In this document: one piece after another, positions 10,236-23,330 of the stretch | How the letters are laid out: the number at the start of each line of letters is the position of its first letter | Numbering within the stretch: the first letter of the stretch is position 1 | Assembly: GCA_000934665.2 (NCBI GenBank) | Contig: KZ539058.1 | Coordinates: 1 to 34,789, forward strand | Origin: Catajapyx aquilonaris | Taxonomy: Eukaryota | Direction: 5' to 3' | DNA: 34,789 nucleotides | The notes under the pieces: generated by a model | The model's database searches: none | What the model saw: only the letters and a program-made list of their open reading frames with translations | What the model was told of the DNA's origin: nothing | Translations under genes and position numbers: made by a program

Positions 10236-13144
10236 TCCGGGCTCACTCTATCCGCCAAGGTCAATTTACAGGCAGATTACCATATGAAATGAGACTGACA
10301 ACATTGTCATTGTTGTCCTATTAGAATCGCATCGTGTCGTATCGTATCGGGTTTATCAGCCTCATTTCCCACGTCACAATGAGAAAAAGCCTACTCGAAT
10401 CACGCTCTTGCTTCATATGTGCCCCCCCCCCCCCNAGCAATTTGAACTTTGCAGTCACACTTTGACCCAGTCCCTCATTTTGCCAAAATATTTCAGTGGC
10501 TGTGACCACACTCTCCGGAACTCCTCCTTTCGCGATCCAATTTCGACTTGAGGCTGCGGCTACGAAGGTTAGGTTAGGTGGTGGGCGGGAAAAGCTCTGT
10601 CCCCTGCGATCTACACCCTCGACACTCTCTCCCCTTTTACTCCCTCCCCGCCAACCCCTCCCTTCCCAAAAACTGGAGAGTGGGGGGGCTTATCTGGCGG
10701 TCCCCACTCGGTGTCACAATGGCCGCCCGGGGGCAGCCCCAAGTGCCGCTCTACCAAGCCTCATGTCATTAAGCGCTTATCGCCAAGCCTCCAACTTCAC
10801 ACGCCCAACAACTGTCTCTTGTGTGTGTGTGTGCTATGTGGAATCCTCATCCCACCTTTCATTCTTAGATCCGGATTTTTTTAGAGGGCAAAAAGGGGAG
10901 GGGGGTTATATTATGCCAAAAATTTTGCACGCGAGTGGAACCGGATTTTTTGGCAACTTTTTGATGGGCACGTGGTGCAGCTGGACAATATTGTGCATGG
11001 GGCGTGGCAGGACTTGTAGCGTTGTTTGGGTCAGTTGTGCTCAAAAATTTTGACATTTGACCAACGGACAGGGGTGGCAGATTTTCCATCCAAAAATTTA
11101 AGCCTTACTTTACCAAATATGGAGTCGCCTGATTTATTTTTCCAAATTAATTTATTGCGAAGAATATTATGCAACCCAGATGTGCCTGAACTCTTTTTGT
11201 TTAATTTTAAAAATATAGTTTACATTTTATGAGCAAATTACCAAACACAACACCTATAATCTAACAACTGTACTGTAATTTATTGAGCGTTTTTTTGCCA
11301 TAACTCGAACTGATTGTCTCATTTTTTGTCCAATTTTGAGCTCAATCAATTCAGCTCTCAGTTACAATAGTGCACATACGTAACACTGAAAATGGCCAGA
11401 AACCAACAGTCCTCGTCTAACCCAATCGATCGAAACTCTTTTCTCTCAACCGTAGCATATATATCCTCCTCGTATTCTCCGCGTCAGCAACGACCTAATG
11501 TCATCAATATTTCTCCATCGCGCAGAAACTACAGGGTGGGCTACATCACGCACCTTTTCCTGACAAAGCAGAATATATATCAGGGGGGGGTCCTTAAAAA
11601 AAAGTAGTGTAGCCCCGAGTTNCCCCCCCCCCCCCCCAAGCCCGAAAATCCAATAACAAGCATGGGCTTGGTGGCAGCGGGCGTTTCCCCAAGGCGTTTA
11701 TGTATGGGTTGGACTCACAATGGAAGGCCAACAGGATTTCTCTCCCGCACTTTATTCTACTCTCTTTCTCTCGGGGAAGCCCTTCTAGCGGGGGCCCAAC
11801 TTCCCAAAAAACCGGGTGGAATGAAAAATGCTCCACCAAACTTGACAATGAAAATCCGACGCCGCTTTTATGTGCCCGGTGTATACACTGTGCTTTATTA
11901 TCCGGCAGTTTTTACTAGCTGAGTAGTAAAAAAAAAGTTTTTGATTTTTACTGCTACATGTTCCAAAATAATTCGTGGTGGCCCACCCAGCGACGTTATC
12001 TGCAATCTGGCATTCCTATGCAGGAGGAATTCCCTGGCTGTGTCTCAAAGTCGCAAATGAGACCACCGTGGTCCGTGACGGAAGGCGTGGCAAACTCCTC
12101 GGACACGCCACCGCATCCATTTTGTCCCACCACACCGGTCGGGCATTTTGTCAACGTGGTAAACAAACTTTTCCCCTAGATTTTTGAACGAATCAATCAT
12201 CTGCTGATCAACTTTTCTTTATTAAAAGGCTAAGACTAATGATGCCCAGAGTCTACATACTGCTAGAGGGGATGGTGAAAAGGGCTTCTCTCCCCCCCCC
12301 CCCTCCTGTACCTCCCTCCTCCCCCGTACTGGAAAAGGCCCCCGTTGTCAGCTGAGATCAACGCTTCCGTTCCAATGCCTGGCGACGTAGAATGGCCCGT
12401 TTGTCCGTGATCCTCGGCTTGTGACGCGGCCGCAAGCAGTGCACTTGGAGCCGGCGGCGGACTCACAATGGAGGCATGCGACGGGGCCTCGTGTTCCTGC
12501 CGTGTTTTAATGCGTTTCTGATCCCCCCCTCGACCCATTCCACATCACCCCCCCTTCCCTAAGAGGAAATGGGAGATGAGGATGTGTAGAGAGAGGGGAC
12601 TAGGACTAGGACCAGGACTGACTTTTCCTCACCATCACGCATGGCTAGGCAGTTAGGGGGGTTCAAAATGGCTGGAGTTTTCCTTCCGTATGTGTTTTGT
12701 CATCACTGGATGATGGCTTCATCGCGAAAGGCACGTGGCCCAATAGGAAGGCGCAGAATTTGGCGGGATGAAGTCTGATTGGGCAAGGAGCCACCAGTGA
12801 TTCCATTGTCCAGGGTGAGTCATAAGGTAGGTGTATGTCACTTCCAGAAGTATCTCCACCTAGTGGTGGTGGGTCTTGTTTCTCCCATGACCCCAAGAGC
12901 TATGAAGACGGTAGCTTCGTCTACTGGTAGGGCCATCCAAGTCGGACAGGTCTTTGGGATATGAATTTTCTCTTCGTTTATGGATGTCTTCCGATAGCCA
13001 AATTACTATAGTAGCTTTGGCTCCTTACTAATGAACCTAACCTGTCCGGGGTGAGTGTAAGCTAGCTGACAAGTGAGGAAGAGCGAAGAGCGCCTCTCTT
13101 GGAGGCTATTTTGAGCTTCAGCAGGTTTCTACCTTACGTATTGT

Positions 13145-13345
13145 TTACGCCCTCACGATATGAGCATCGGTCGCACGACCAGACTCTCTGCGACTTGGTC
13201 AGGTCGGAACGACTAGAGGCATGCGACAGTTTCTGTTTGAGACTATTTTGGTCGGTTTGGCGGTCGCAAGCCTCTAGTCATTCCGACCGGACCTAGTCGC
13301 AAAGCGTCTGGTCGTGTGACCAAGGCTCAAATCGTGAGGGTGTAA
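13145..13345. mobile_element. About 200-bp foldback MITE (long hairpin)
   Basis: Arms 13145-13227 and 13263-13345 are imperfect reverse complements (TTACGCCCTCACGAT... / ...ATCGTGAGGGTGTAA). Confidence 0.75.
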
Positions 13346-13374
13346 GCAGGTATTTACTTCTGAAAGTGACTGTA

Positions 13375-13536
13375 CAGTGTTGGACATTAATCGAGGCATA
13401 CTGCCAACGACATTTTCCGAAGCGGTAGAAGAAGGAATCGAAGATAAGGATACTGCAAGCCGGGGAAGCAAGATTTCTTCTTCTGCCACTTCGGAAAATG
13501 TCGCTAGCAGTATGGCTCGATTAATGTCCAACACTG
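13375..13536. mobile_element. 162-bp Tc1/mariner-like MITE
   Basis: TA|CAGTGTTGGACATTAATCGAG...CTCGATTAATGTCCAACACTG|TA; inverted arms of about 60 bp. Confidence 0.82.
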
Positions 13537-16500
13537 TACCCCTCGCACGACACTGAGAGTGGCAGGATTCGCCATATATGTGACGGATACATTGCCAGGT
13601 AATCCATCTAACGACCGCGGTTTCTGATTGGTCCTAGATGGCCACAAACCTCGTGCAACGCCAGCAGGTAATCCGGATCATTTCCACGCTCCAATGGCCG
13701 TGCAGTCCCCCCCTTCTTCCAACTCCACCCTCTCTGGTACTCTCTCCCCTCAAAAGCCCGATCATAACCTCCGACATATGCGGAAAAGCACAGGGAGGGC
13801 GAAAGAGAAATGAGCTCTTGGATCCACCCCTCCACTTTATTAAAGAGAAACACTCATCCGGGAACCTCCGGGAGCTGGTTGGCTCCCTCAGAAGAAGCTA
13901 GGGAGTTTCCCCCCTCCACCCTCCCTTTTCCGGTGCTTCATCCCTGATTGCACCGCGCCGATCCAATGGCGCTGCCTGACATCCTGGATCGAAGCGGCCA
14001 TCAAACATACCCCTAGGAAAACCGACGCCATGTTTTGCTGGCTCCAATTGAAACTAGAGGCGCTTCTAATTTTAGTGTTTTGCTAAATTCGTGTGTAAAA
14101 AACTGTTGGCTCCCTTGCTCGTCCCGGATAGTTGGGTTCCGGAGAGGGGTGTATATACTCCCCCGCCACCCTGTGCTCCTCCCCCACCATTCCTTGCATG
14201 AGGGATCAATAGGCGATCAGAAGCCAGGCGAAGCGAAGTGAGGTGAGACGAGACGAGGCGAGGCGAGTCTTCTCGCTACTTGACTCAAGTCTGACTGACC
14301 CAATGCCAATCCTTGTAAAGCTCCCTCCCAAATATTTGTGCTTTTCCGAGCCAACAACCAGGAAGACCAAAGAGCCGTATAATGTAACACATGTAATCCA
14401 CTCACATGAAGCGGTAGCCCCTCTCAACCTTACCAAAAGACTATTTTACCCTGGCACAAAGAGCTGTGCAAACTTGTTCAACAACTACCCAACACCTTCC
14501 ACACCAAAAAAAGGGACCAGTTTTTGGCCCTACCTGAACCTGCTAATAGTGATTTAATAATCAGGATTAAATCTCAAGGCCTGACTTTCTCCGGTGGTAG
14601 GCCCCGGGAGCGGTTTATATAGAACCTGGCATTATGAAGTCCGGACCTATTGTCCCCTTCCCGTCGCCTTTCAAACACAAGTCACATGCCAGCGACCCTC
14701 AATAACTGCCAGGATTTTGGTGGGTGGTTGGGAGAACTGACTTGCCTTGCCTCAAAATCCAGGCTTAAATTTCTAGAAGACTGGCCCAAACTTGGGCTAA
14801 GTCACGCTGTGTTTGTGGCTATGAATAATGTAGTTAACGAGGTCATGCAGGAGTGTATACTAGTAATAAAATAATGCGCTAAAATTATTCAACGCCAGTT
14901 ACACAATAGTAAGGTTATATCATCTCTTTGACACTCTTTGAATGGAATTTGCATTCGAAACAATTTTGGGGAGAGTATATAGAGGTCATTGCAGCTCGTC
15001 AGTTCGGTGGTAATTATACTAACAGATAGCCGCAGATTACGTTAGCTTAATATCGGACTGGTAGGGAAAAAACCACACCAAAAGGGCTGACAATAGGCGA
15101 TTAGTGTTACACTATATTTGTATCAGCCTGTACTGACTATTACAGTGTCAAAACCTGCCGGATGCTCTCTCTTTTTAAATAAAACAAGATTGGCAATAAT
15201 CACGCGAGCGTGATTCGAGTAGACTTTTTCTCATTGCCAAAAGAATTCAAATGGAACAACAATGACATCTCAAGCGGTTTCGACCTTTTCCGATGAAAAA
15301 ATGTCTGAAGAAGCTTTTGGCACCACCTGGCCTCAATATTAATCTTTAAAAAATTGCCTAATAAAACCAGGGTATAGCCGGATAAGTAGCTGCAGTTTAC
15401 GGCACGCGTGACTCTGGCTTAATAAAATGAACAAAAAAATATTGACACTTTCAAGTATATTAGACCCCCCCTTGTGTTTGAATCTACATGTCTTTTCCCT
15501 GCCTTCCCCCACTTATACCCAGGTCTCCCTTCCCCCCGCCCCCTTCAACCAGGGGGTAGGGCGCGCTACTTCAGCTCAATTAGGCCGTCCCCCAGATTGC
15601 TGCGCGCGCTTTTAATCAACTTAATTATCCCTCTCCATCTGTTTATGGGGCCCCGGGAACCCGATCCCAGCTTCCCTACCACTCCCTCTCTTCCCTTCCC
15701 TCCCCCCCCTCCCTTAAAGCACAAAGCAGTGGGGGCGTAATGGGGTGCAGGGGAAAAGGTCCATTGCCACCAGGGTGGGTGGTATTTGGATGAGGTCTGT
15801 AATATTCCAAGCCCAAGAGTGGTCCTCTGTTCCAGGGAATTATGATGGGAGAGAGTCCCGTAGGAAATCGGAAGGGAGGTGAGATTGAAAATTGCGCTTG
15901 ACAACAATAGGGGCACCAGGATGAGCCAATAGGAGGCTGACCTATTGGGCCACATTGTTACTATGCGGCTTCTGGCACATTTCTGCAGACCAATCATTCA
16001 AAAAATTTGTAAAAAAAAAATATCATTATTATTGCAGTCCCAGCATGTCTCCAGAAACGTAACATTCAAAATTTTTATTGCAGACTGGTCCTACTGCTCG
16101 GTGTACCGCAATACAATTCGATAGCATTGTTACTACGAGCTACTGGCACATTTCAGCCAATATTTGAGCGAGCTAAATATTGGAGAGAAAAAATTTATTT
16201 GCACACCTATAAGTTGTACCGTCTCCAGAAGAATTTTTGCAGTGATCCGACTGCTTGGTGTACCTCAAGACAATTCGATAACAAATAAGCATTCCGTGAA
16301 ATTATTCGTTAACATACTCAAAAAACGTATAGGAATATTTTGGAGGTTTCTTTCACCACCCCCCACCCAATCCCTCCTCCTTTTTTTCTTAATGGAGCAC
16401 GTAATCCGGCCAGACGGGCCTGGAAATTGAGTGGAGTGGCCTGCTGGAGAAAAGTATTGATGCGGCCAGGAAGCCGACCAAAAAAAACGGGGGCTGAGAG

Positions 16501-18555
16501 GAAGTACCGTGTGTGTAAAAAAAAATTAGGGTTGTACCAACCTGGAGGTCCGGTCACCCACCAGTCAGTGTTTTCGTGCCGGGTTCCTAAAGTAAAGACA
16601 CAGAACTAAACAAAAAAAGCCACACACAAACAATCAAAACAATAAATTGCATGCTTATTTTATGTAAAGCACTGGACATGCATAATATTGCGGTGCTGCA
16701 CAGACAACAATGTAGCAAAATGCATCGGCACCTCCTTCAAAAGACTGGCTGGCCGGAACTGGCCAAGCGAAGCACCATCAATCGCTCCTTGTTTACCGCT
16801 TGTCTTCCTCGGCCTTGCTGGTCAGTGTTCCACGTTGCTACCCTTCGTTTCCTCAGACCCCCCCAAACCTCCCTCTGCTACCACTACACTATACCCCCTC
16901 CCCCTCTTCCCAACCCGTTTTTCCTCATCCCCAACCACGTTTTAGACTCCCACCACAAGGNNNGGGGGGGGGATGAGATGAGAGAACAGGCTTCAACAGG
17001 GATTTTTTTTTGCAATCCGCAATTGCAAATATTTTGGCCAAAATGCGTGAATTTTCGCTGTTGATAACCTGTGAATATTGCTGCTACATACACCGTGTGG
17101 AGATGATCATTAAGGTACTGTACAGCGTACAGGGTGACTAAAGTCTGGACACATAGGTACTAAACATGTATGTGTATGTGTCCAGTAACCCGGTAGTGTA
17201 AAAGGCGCATTACGTTGTCTAACTGTAATTTATTATTTAAATAGTCACAAGTGTTCCGTGCAGTTCACTTTACGCCTGTGATCCATGCAAGACTGCAAGC
17301 CAAACGAGGCTTTTAGGTTGTATAAATACCAGGATGAAACCTGTTCGCTCCCAATTTTCGGCATAGCCAGGAGCACTGCCAGCAAGAAACGGAAGATGCC
17401 AATGGAAAGTATCCAGCCAATCAGAATTTCCATTATTTAAATTTATAAATAAGTTCGAATGAGAAAAAATATTCAAATTAGCACACTCATGATTATGTTT
17501 TTTCTCTCTCCACGTTTGACGTTCTGTGCTAATTAGGCCGGGAATCTCATGCTTCCGAGCAACCTGTTCCGTTTTGAAATCGGAACCCTAGACGGGACAT
17601 CAATTGCTATGCACCGTTTATGACAAATCTGGTGAGATGAAGTTGTTAATTTTTTTTATTGCTCTTAAGCTTCACCTTGCTGTGTTGCTGTGTTTGTCTT
17701 AAACCTTCTCATTGTCACATTTAGACCCTTCCGCCTGAATTCGTGTCCCAATTAAACCTGGTTGTCTCCTTGTAAGACGATCCCTGTCAAGATGGCGACC
17801 GGTGTATGGGATGCATGTGTGAAGAGAAGGAACAGCGCTGGGAAAACGCTGGAGGAAGGAAGCTTTGGCTCCCGAGTAAGGGCTGCTGCTGGGTGTGGTG
17901 GTGGGTGATGGGGTAGGGTAGGTGGGGGTGTTCTCATGGGAACAGGCGTTCCATTAAAGGAAAAAGGGGCCGACTAATTCCGGGACGCAAGAGGGAATGG
18001 CAGGCGGTGGGGGGAAACTCTCCTGGAAATGGCGGCCTGCCGTTTTGAGCGGTAAACAGGGCCATGGTGAGGAGGAAGGTTGGATGTGGAGGGGGGGAAT
18101 GATGGCGGTGGTTGTACAAGAGAGAGAGAGAGTGGAAGGGTGAAATTCTCGTCTTATGTCCACTAAAACCGAGTGGATCAACCTGCGTGTTTGTCCGCCA
18201 CTGAAAAGAGACGAGGAAAGCTCCGACTATAAATCGTGAAATGGGGCTCGGTGGAAACATCACACCGAGTGCCATCAGACATATTTTTTTTTGTAAATAT
18301 TCTCAAAATTCGAAGCGCTGATTGGCGGTGACCACAACATCACTTCCGGGGCGTAAAAACAGAATCAATAACCTCCGACCCTCCCACCATCTTCTCTGCT
18401 ACATCCCACAAAACCCGGTCGATATGACGTCGCCCACAGCACACGGGGAGGAAAAAAAATAATTTATAATGTGAAAGCCAGTCTGATGAAGAAGATGCCT
18501 CAAAATGGCGGCCGAAACATAATCAAAATGGCGCGAACCACGTGGGTGGACTTAC

Positions 18556-18803
18556 CTTCGTCGTCCCTCTTCCTCTTGGCCACGTTTCCGTTGGGATCGG
18601 GCTGAGGTATACCGAGGATTCCGTTGATGCTGTACGAACCGTGTCTTTGCAGCGGTGCTTCGTGCGGACTGGGCGCCGACGCCACCGGTGCCGGCGGCGC
18701 GTGGGTGATGACCGACGTGGTTTGCGACACCGAATTACCCGAACCTTGTTGGCTCTGATGATGCACCTGTTTCGCCTTCTCCGCCGCCTTGTTCCTCACG
18801 ATC
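18556..18803 (-). CDS. sv: Pax2/5/8 coding exon: end of paired domain + octapeptide
   Basis: (R)IVRNKAAEKAK...HGSYSINGILGIPQPDPNGNVAKRKRDDE; contains the Pax2/5/8 octapeptide YSINGILG. Acceptor TTTGCAG|GATC, donor GAAG|GTAAGT; 248 nt, phase 2-1. Confidence 0.96.
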
Positions 18804-18941
18804 CTGCAAATAAACAAACAAATCGATATTTATAAACGGTAAAGTTTGTTGGTATGTACTCTCAGCGGTCTGAGTGTGAGTTTGTCCGGGCCACCTAACC
18901 CACTTTCAGACTGCTGAGAGTTCTGAAATTGAGCACACTGT

Positions 18942-19232
18942 CTCTAAAAAATCGAGTTAAGATTTCACTCAAAAAATGATCAATTTTTTGAGTGAATTTC
19001 CCTCGGTAAAAATTTACTTCAACTCAAATCGAGTGGAATATTACTCGTAAGAAGAGTCTTACTATATTTTCAGTCTACTCTTTCAGTGAGTGAAATGATT
19101 ACTCATTCTGAGTGAAAATCACCCAAGAGATCGACTGCTTTTCACTTAAAACGAGTGGGATTCCTAAGTAGAAGAAAGAGTGAAAATCATGACTCAAAAC
19201 GAGTGGAAAAATACTCCGATTTTTTTTAGAGT
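18942..19232. mobile_element. Degenerate MITE with internal ACTC/GAGT subrepeats
   Basis: CTCTAAAAAATCGAGT at the left vs ACTCCGATTTTTTTTAGAGTG at the right; many internal GAGT/ACTC motifs. Confidence 0.55.
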
Positions 19233-19515
19233 GATACGATGTCTTACATGTAAGCCCGCATTTTTTTTTGAGTCCAAAGATCCACAATTTTAGGATGTTT
19301 CTGTGACAATCTACCCGTTTGGATGGGTGAGAAGCTATAAATAAATAATCATCATAAGGTCAGAATGAGAGTACCCTGAGAAAACCTGTTCGTATGTGGT
19401 GACAACTCTTTTACAAACGAGGGGCTCATCGTCCCCAAAAATTAATTCATGCCCAACTGCCAGTTTCCCCCGGTCCTAATCTAATTTTCTGTTCGGGAAG
19501 AGAGGGGGGGGGGGG

Positions 19516-19548
19516 NNNNNNNNNNNNNNNNNNNNNNNNNNNNNNNNN
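19516..19548. other. Assembly gap (N run) after poly-G
   Basis: 33 Ns; a smaller N run at 23825-23833 and isolated Ns also sit next to G/C homopolymers. Confidence 0.95.
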
Positions 19549-22500
19549 AACTTTCTGGTTAAGGTCAAGCTCGAAAAGCATGGTCAACGACTGTCGTTAT
19601 TGTTTGTTTCCGGCGTGTGGACAGAAGAAAAAGGCCTGTCATCAAACCGTCCACGGTTTGGCGACTTTACTAGAGTCGATAGAATCTGATGATATCTCGG
19701 ACTTGGATCGGACCTTTTTTTTTTTCCAGGGAGGGCGCAAATTAGGTCAAACTGCTCGTCGAATTGCCCATTTTGGCATGAATATTACATCACTTATGGC
19801 GTGGTGCTGTGGCTAACGTCGTTGGCACATTCTGGCTGTGACACATGGTGCCTTTATGCGGAACCACAGACTCGCATTAATTATTTGGCGCGGCCGATTG
19901 TGCCAGGTTGGCGCAACGGTTCTACGCGCACTATGATAGTGGGTCACATCGATAGTTTTCATATTTAAGGAGCGCGGGATCGTTGCCTGTCGTTATATGG
20001 AAGCCGGCAAAGGGGTGATAAAAATCATGAGCATATTTTTGACCTCTGAACAATGCGACTGGAGTGTTTGATGGGAACGCTCTAGAGCGTACCGGTGTAC
20101 AATACCCGTCACGAATAACGCTTTTGATTCTATAACACACACGACAGAATACATGTGACAAATGTAAGTCCCCAAAAAACAGGTCTTATCCCAAATATTT
20201 GAAAACAGCAAAGTCCACCGATATGTGCATAAATTATTTAAATGCCACTGGGTATTTATTGCATATTTGCTTATGTAGTGCGGAAACACATAAAAAGATT
20301 TAAGATTGTACATATTTTCGATCCTTTTATGACAATTTCAAGCCTTTGATCTGGGACGGCTCATTTGTGCTTACATACAAGTAAATTCAGAAAAATCCTG
20401 GCTTGTTGGCCCATTTTGAATTGTTACGTACTTCACCAGACAATAGAGCAGAAAAATGCTGTACTTAGCAGTGTAAATAATATTCAAAACCGCCAAAATT
20501 GGTTGAAATGTCAAAAAAATGTTCCGGACACTACAATTTTCCCGACGAACTTTTCTTCACCCTGTACATAGCTCGACTCTTTATCAGTTATTAAGTAGCC
20601 ACGAGTCAACCGGAGGCGTTATTGGCAAGGGTGTCTTTTCAGTTGGAAGCACCCGAGTGGGTCCTCAAATATTAATGATCAGATCATCAAATGGCTGCCC
20701 CCACAAGCACTTGCAACAGTTTCCCCCCTATTGGAAGGGTCGGGGTGGAGCTGTACTTGGGACCAATCACAATCGTCGCTCAACCGATAAAATGCCCGCC
20801 ATTGCAGTCCAACACGCCTGGTTCTCCCTTCCATATCCACCCCCACACACACACACCCACACACACATATAGCACTAGCTCTATTCAAACGTCCATCTTT
20901 TTGGGGCCCCCAAAAACCTGGCTTTCAAAATGCATTATGCATTCCCTACAGCAGCGCGGTTAGCACTTTATATTCGGAGCGAATTTATAACCTGTGTAGT
21001 TTAATGGCGGAAACTAATATTTGTGACCGGCCATTTATGGTCGGTGCGCGGTCTCAGAAATTGTGCGCTGCTGAGCCTACAATTTTGCAATTGAAAAAAA
21101 AACCGCGGACGTTTGCAGAATCTGGGTTGTATATGTCAAAGTCAACCCAGTTTTTGGCACTCAGATTCAAATAACTTAAATACTGCTCAATATTATATAG
21201 CCACTGGACAACAGTGTAACTGATTACAATTTAAATTTATTACTAAACTATTAGTGTGTGTGCCAAGTTTCAGCACTCTCAGTATTATGAAAGTGGGTTA
21301 GGTAGCCGTGATCTACAAACGTTCTACTTTATATCATGTATATATGTAACTAGTTATTATGTAATGCATTTATGCATCGTATAATACAGAGTGAAACCTG
21401 TCCATGTTGGACACTGACGGTTCCAAGAAAAATGTCCAACATAGGGAGGTGTCCAACTTGACAGGTCAGATTAGTAGTTATTATTCTTTGCAACAAATCG
21501 AATCTTGCCAGCAATATAATAATGACTTATATATTGAATAACTCGTGGATTGTTTACCCCAGTACAAAAGTCGAATTCTTTTCGTATATATGTACACCAT
21601 CCCTTCCGTGTTATAAGTTAATTCTTTAGAGGTCCCCTCCGGAATGGCGGGGCTTACTTTTTTGTGTGTGTGTCTGCGTGTGTCTGCGTCACGTCATTCG
21701 GAACCGCACGAGCGAACCAATGCAAACAGGAACAAAGTGGTTTTACCCTCTAATTATCTCCCCTGCAAGTCACCAGCAATGTCTCCCCCCCCCCCCCTTT
21801 TCCACCTGTCTTCCCCATATATTTCACCTGTTAATCCGCATTCGAGCGTTAAAAATTCCGGTAAAAATGTTTCACAAAAATTCGCACCTGTCACATTGCT
21901 ATGCAAGGGAGTGACACTAAAACGGCAGCGCTAACTATGAACTTATGGAGCATAGTAAATCAGCCGTATGTATGCAGCGGCTTTGGTTGAGAGTCATGTC
22001 CTCAACTTCTTGTTGTTTTTATTCGGAGGGGTCCAAACAGGCATTTACATTCCCAAAGAAGTCGGCACTGCTTCTTTTTTCCCAAGCAGCAGCGTTAACA
22101 TCGCGGCGCTTTTATTGCCTCCTTCTCCATCTCTCTTTCCCCCCTCCCCCCCCAACCCACCCACTTCGCTTTCTAATCTTCTAGCTACGCTCCTGAATGT
22201 TAGGTGCCCTCTTGGGGCCCAGTCTAAACCCCCCCCCTCTTCTATATAACCCCCCCCCCCCCTTTGCATTTGTTTCCGACGACAAAGCGCACTCCTGCTA
22301 CTTACGACTTAATGGCACTTTGAGGCAATTATTGTAAATTTCTAGACCCCCCCTCCCACCTCTATACCCCCACACCAATCACTTTTTATAAGGGTATATA
22401 GTAGGGCAAAACCAGATTTTTGTGGTAGAAGATTTATGATGGTTGAAGACATTTTTTTATGGTGACAAAAATGTGCGTCCTGTGCGCCCTTCTATTCAAA

Positions 22501-22924
22501 CCGGGTGATGGCTGATTAATCGACCCCTCTCAAATACTTGACTCAGGCGGACCCTACCCTTTTGCCAATCCCATTACTTCTGGGCTGCTGACTCTATTGG
22601 CGAAAACAGCGCACCCTGCAGACTTTGACCCTCCCTTAGGGGGGGACACTATACTGGAGGTCAAATCCACAACTGTCGACTGGATTGTGCCGCATGTCGC
22701 GTTCAAAAGGGCAAGTCATCGCACCTGCATATGTTGCCTTTAGAGGTGACATGCTGGTTGAAACTTAACATTATTGACACTCAGCGTCATATATGATCAT
22801 TACTGTAGGCCTATATACTGTACTTGTACAGTACAGATACAGTAAAAATGGTGCATTTTAAATATTATTGTGGTATAGTTCTTCTATCAGTATTATGTTC
22901 ATAAAAAGAAAAAACAGTTACATT

Positions 22925-23072
22925 TTTATACAAATAATAATACTAAAAATAATAAAAATAATAAACGAAATAAAAATAACAAAGAATAATAAATAGTGAA
23001 TAATAAAACAACACTATAAAAGAATAATAAATAGTAAATGACACTATAATAATGAAAAATAAAAAATAAAAA
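22925..23072. repeat. A/T-rich low-complexity tract (AATAAT-like)
   Basis: Degenerate (AAT)n/(AATAAA)n. Confidence 0.75.
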
Positions 23073-23142
23073 CTCGTACATGCATGTTGTTAGCAACAAT
23101 TTAATTTCATATGCACTGTAATTCATGTACTGATTACGTAAG

Positions 23143-23330
23143 GAGGCGGAGTGGTGCTGCGGAAACGTATGCGTTCAAGGATGTTAAGGTCCCGGGTTCG
23201 ATCCCAGCCCGGGGACACCCCCTTCATCTCGTGCAGAGTTAGGCCGTCTCTGGCTTCGTCTCGGGTGGTATCTCCAATAGACTAAACCACCCGGGGGAGT
23301 TCACAAAACGACTACACATGAGACATTGAA
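23143..23330 (+). mobile_element. tRNA-derived SINE-like fragment
   Basis: Pol III B-box GGTTCGATCC at 23195-23204 inside a T-arm-like stem (CCGGGTTCGATCCCAG), with a degenerate A-box (GTGGTGCTGCGG) about 45 nt upstream; no full cloverleaf. 3' end approximate. Confidence 0.5.

Noticed and set aside
10496..11053. 185-aa plus-strand ORF and other GC-rich intronic ORFs (e.g. 3664-3903, 15566-15997, 31808-32236)
   Set aside because: No recognisable domain, driven by poly-C/G tracts, and no consistent splice structure; more likely non-coding regulatory islands.
17890..17930. G-run cluster as a functional G-quadruplex
   Set aside because: G/C homopolymers are pervasive in this window and often abut assembly Ns, so there is no specific signal.
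23143..23215. Possible tRNA gene
   Set aside because: B-box and T-arm are present, but no convincing acceptor or anticodon stems and no poly-T terminator; treated as a SINE-like head.
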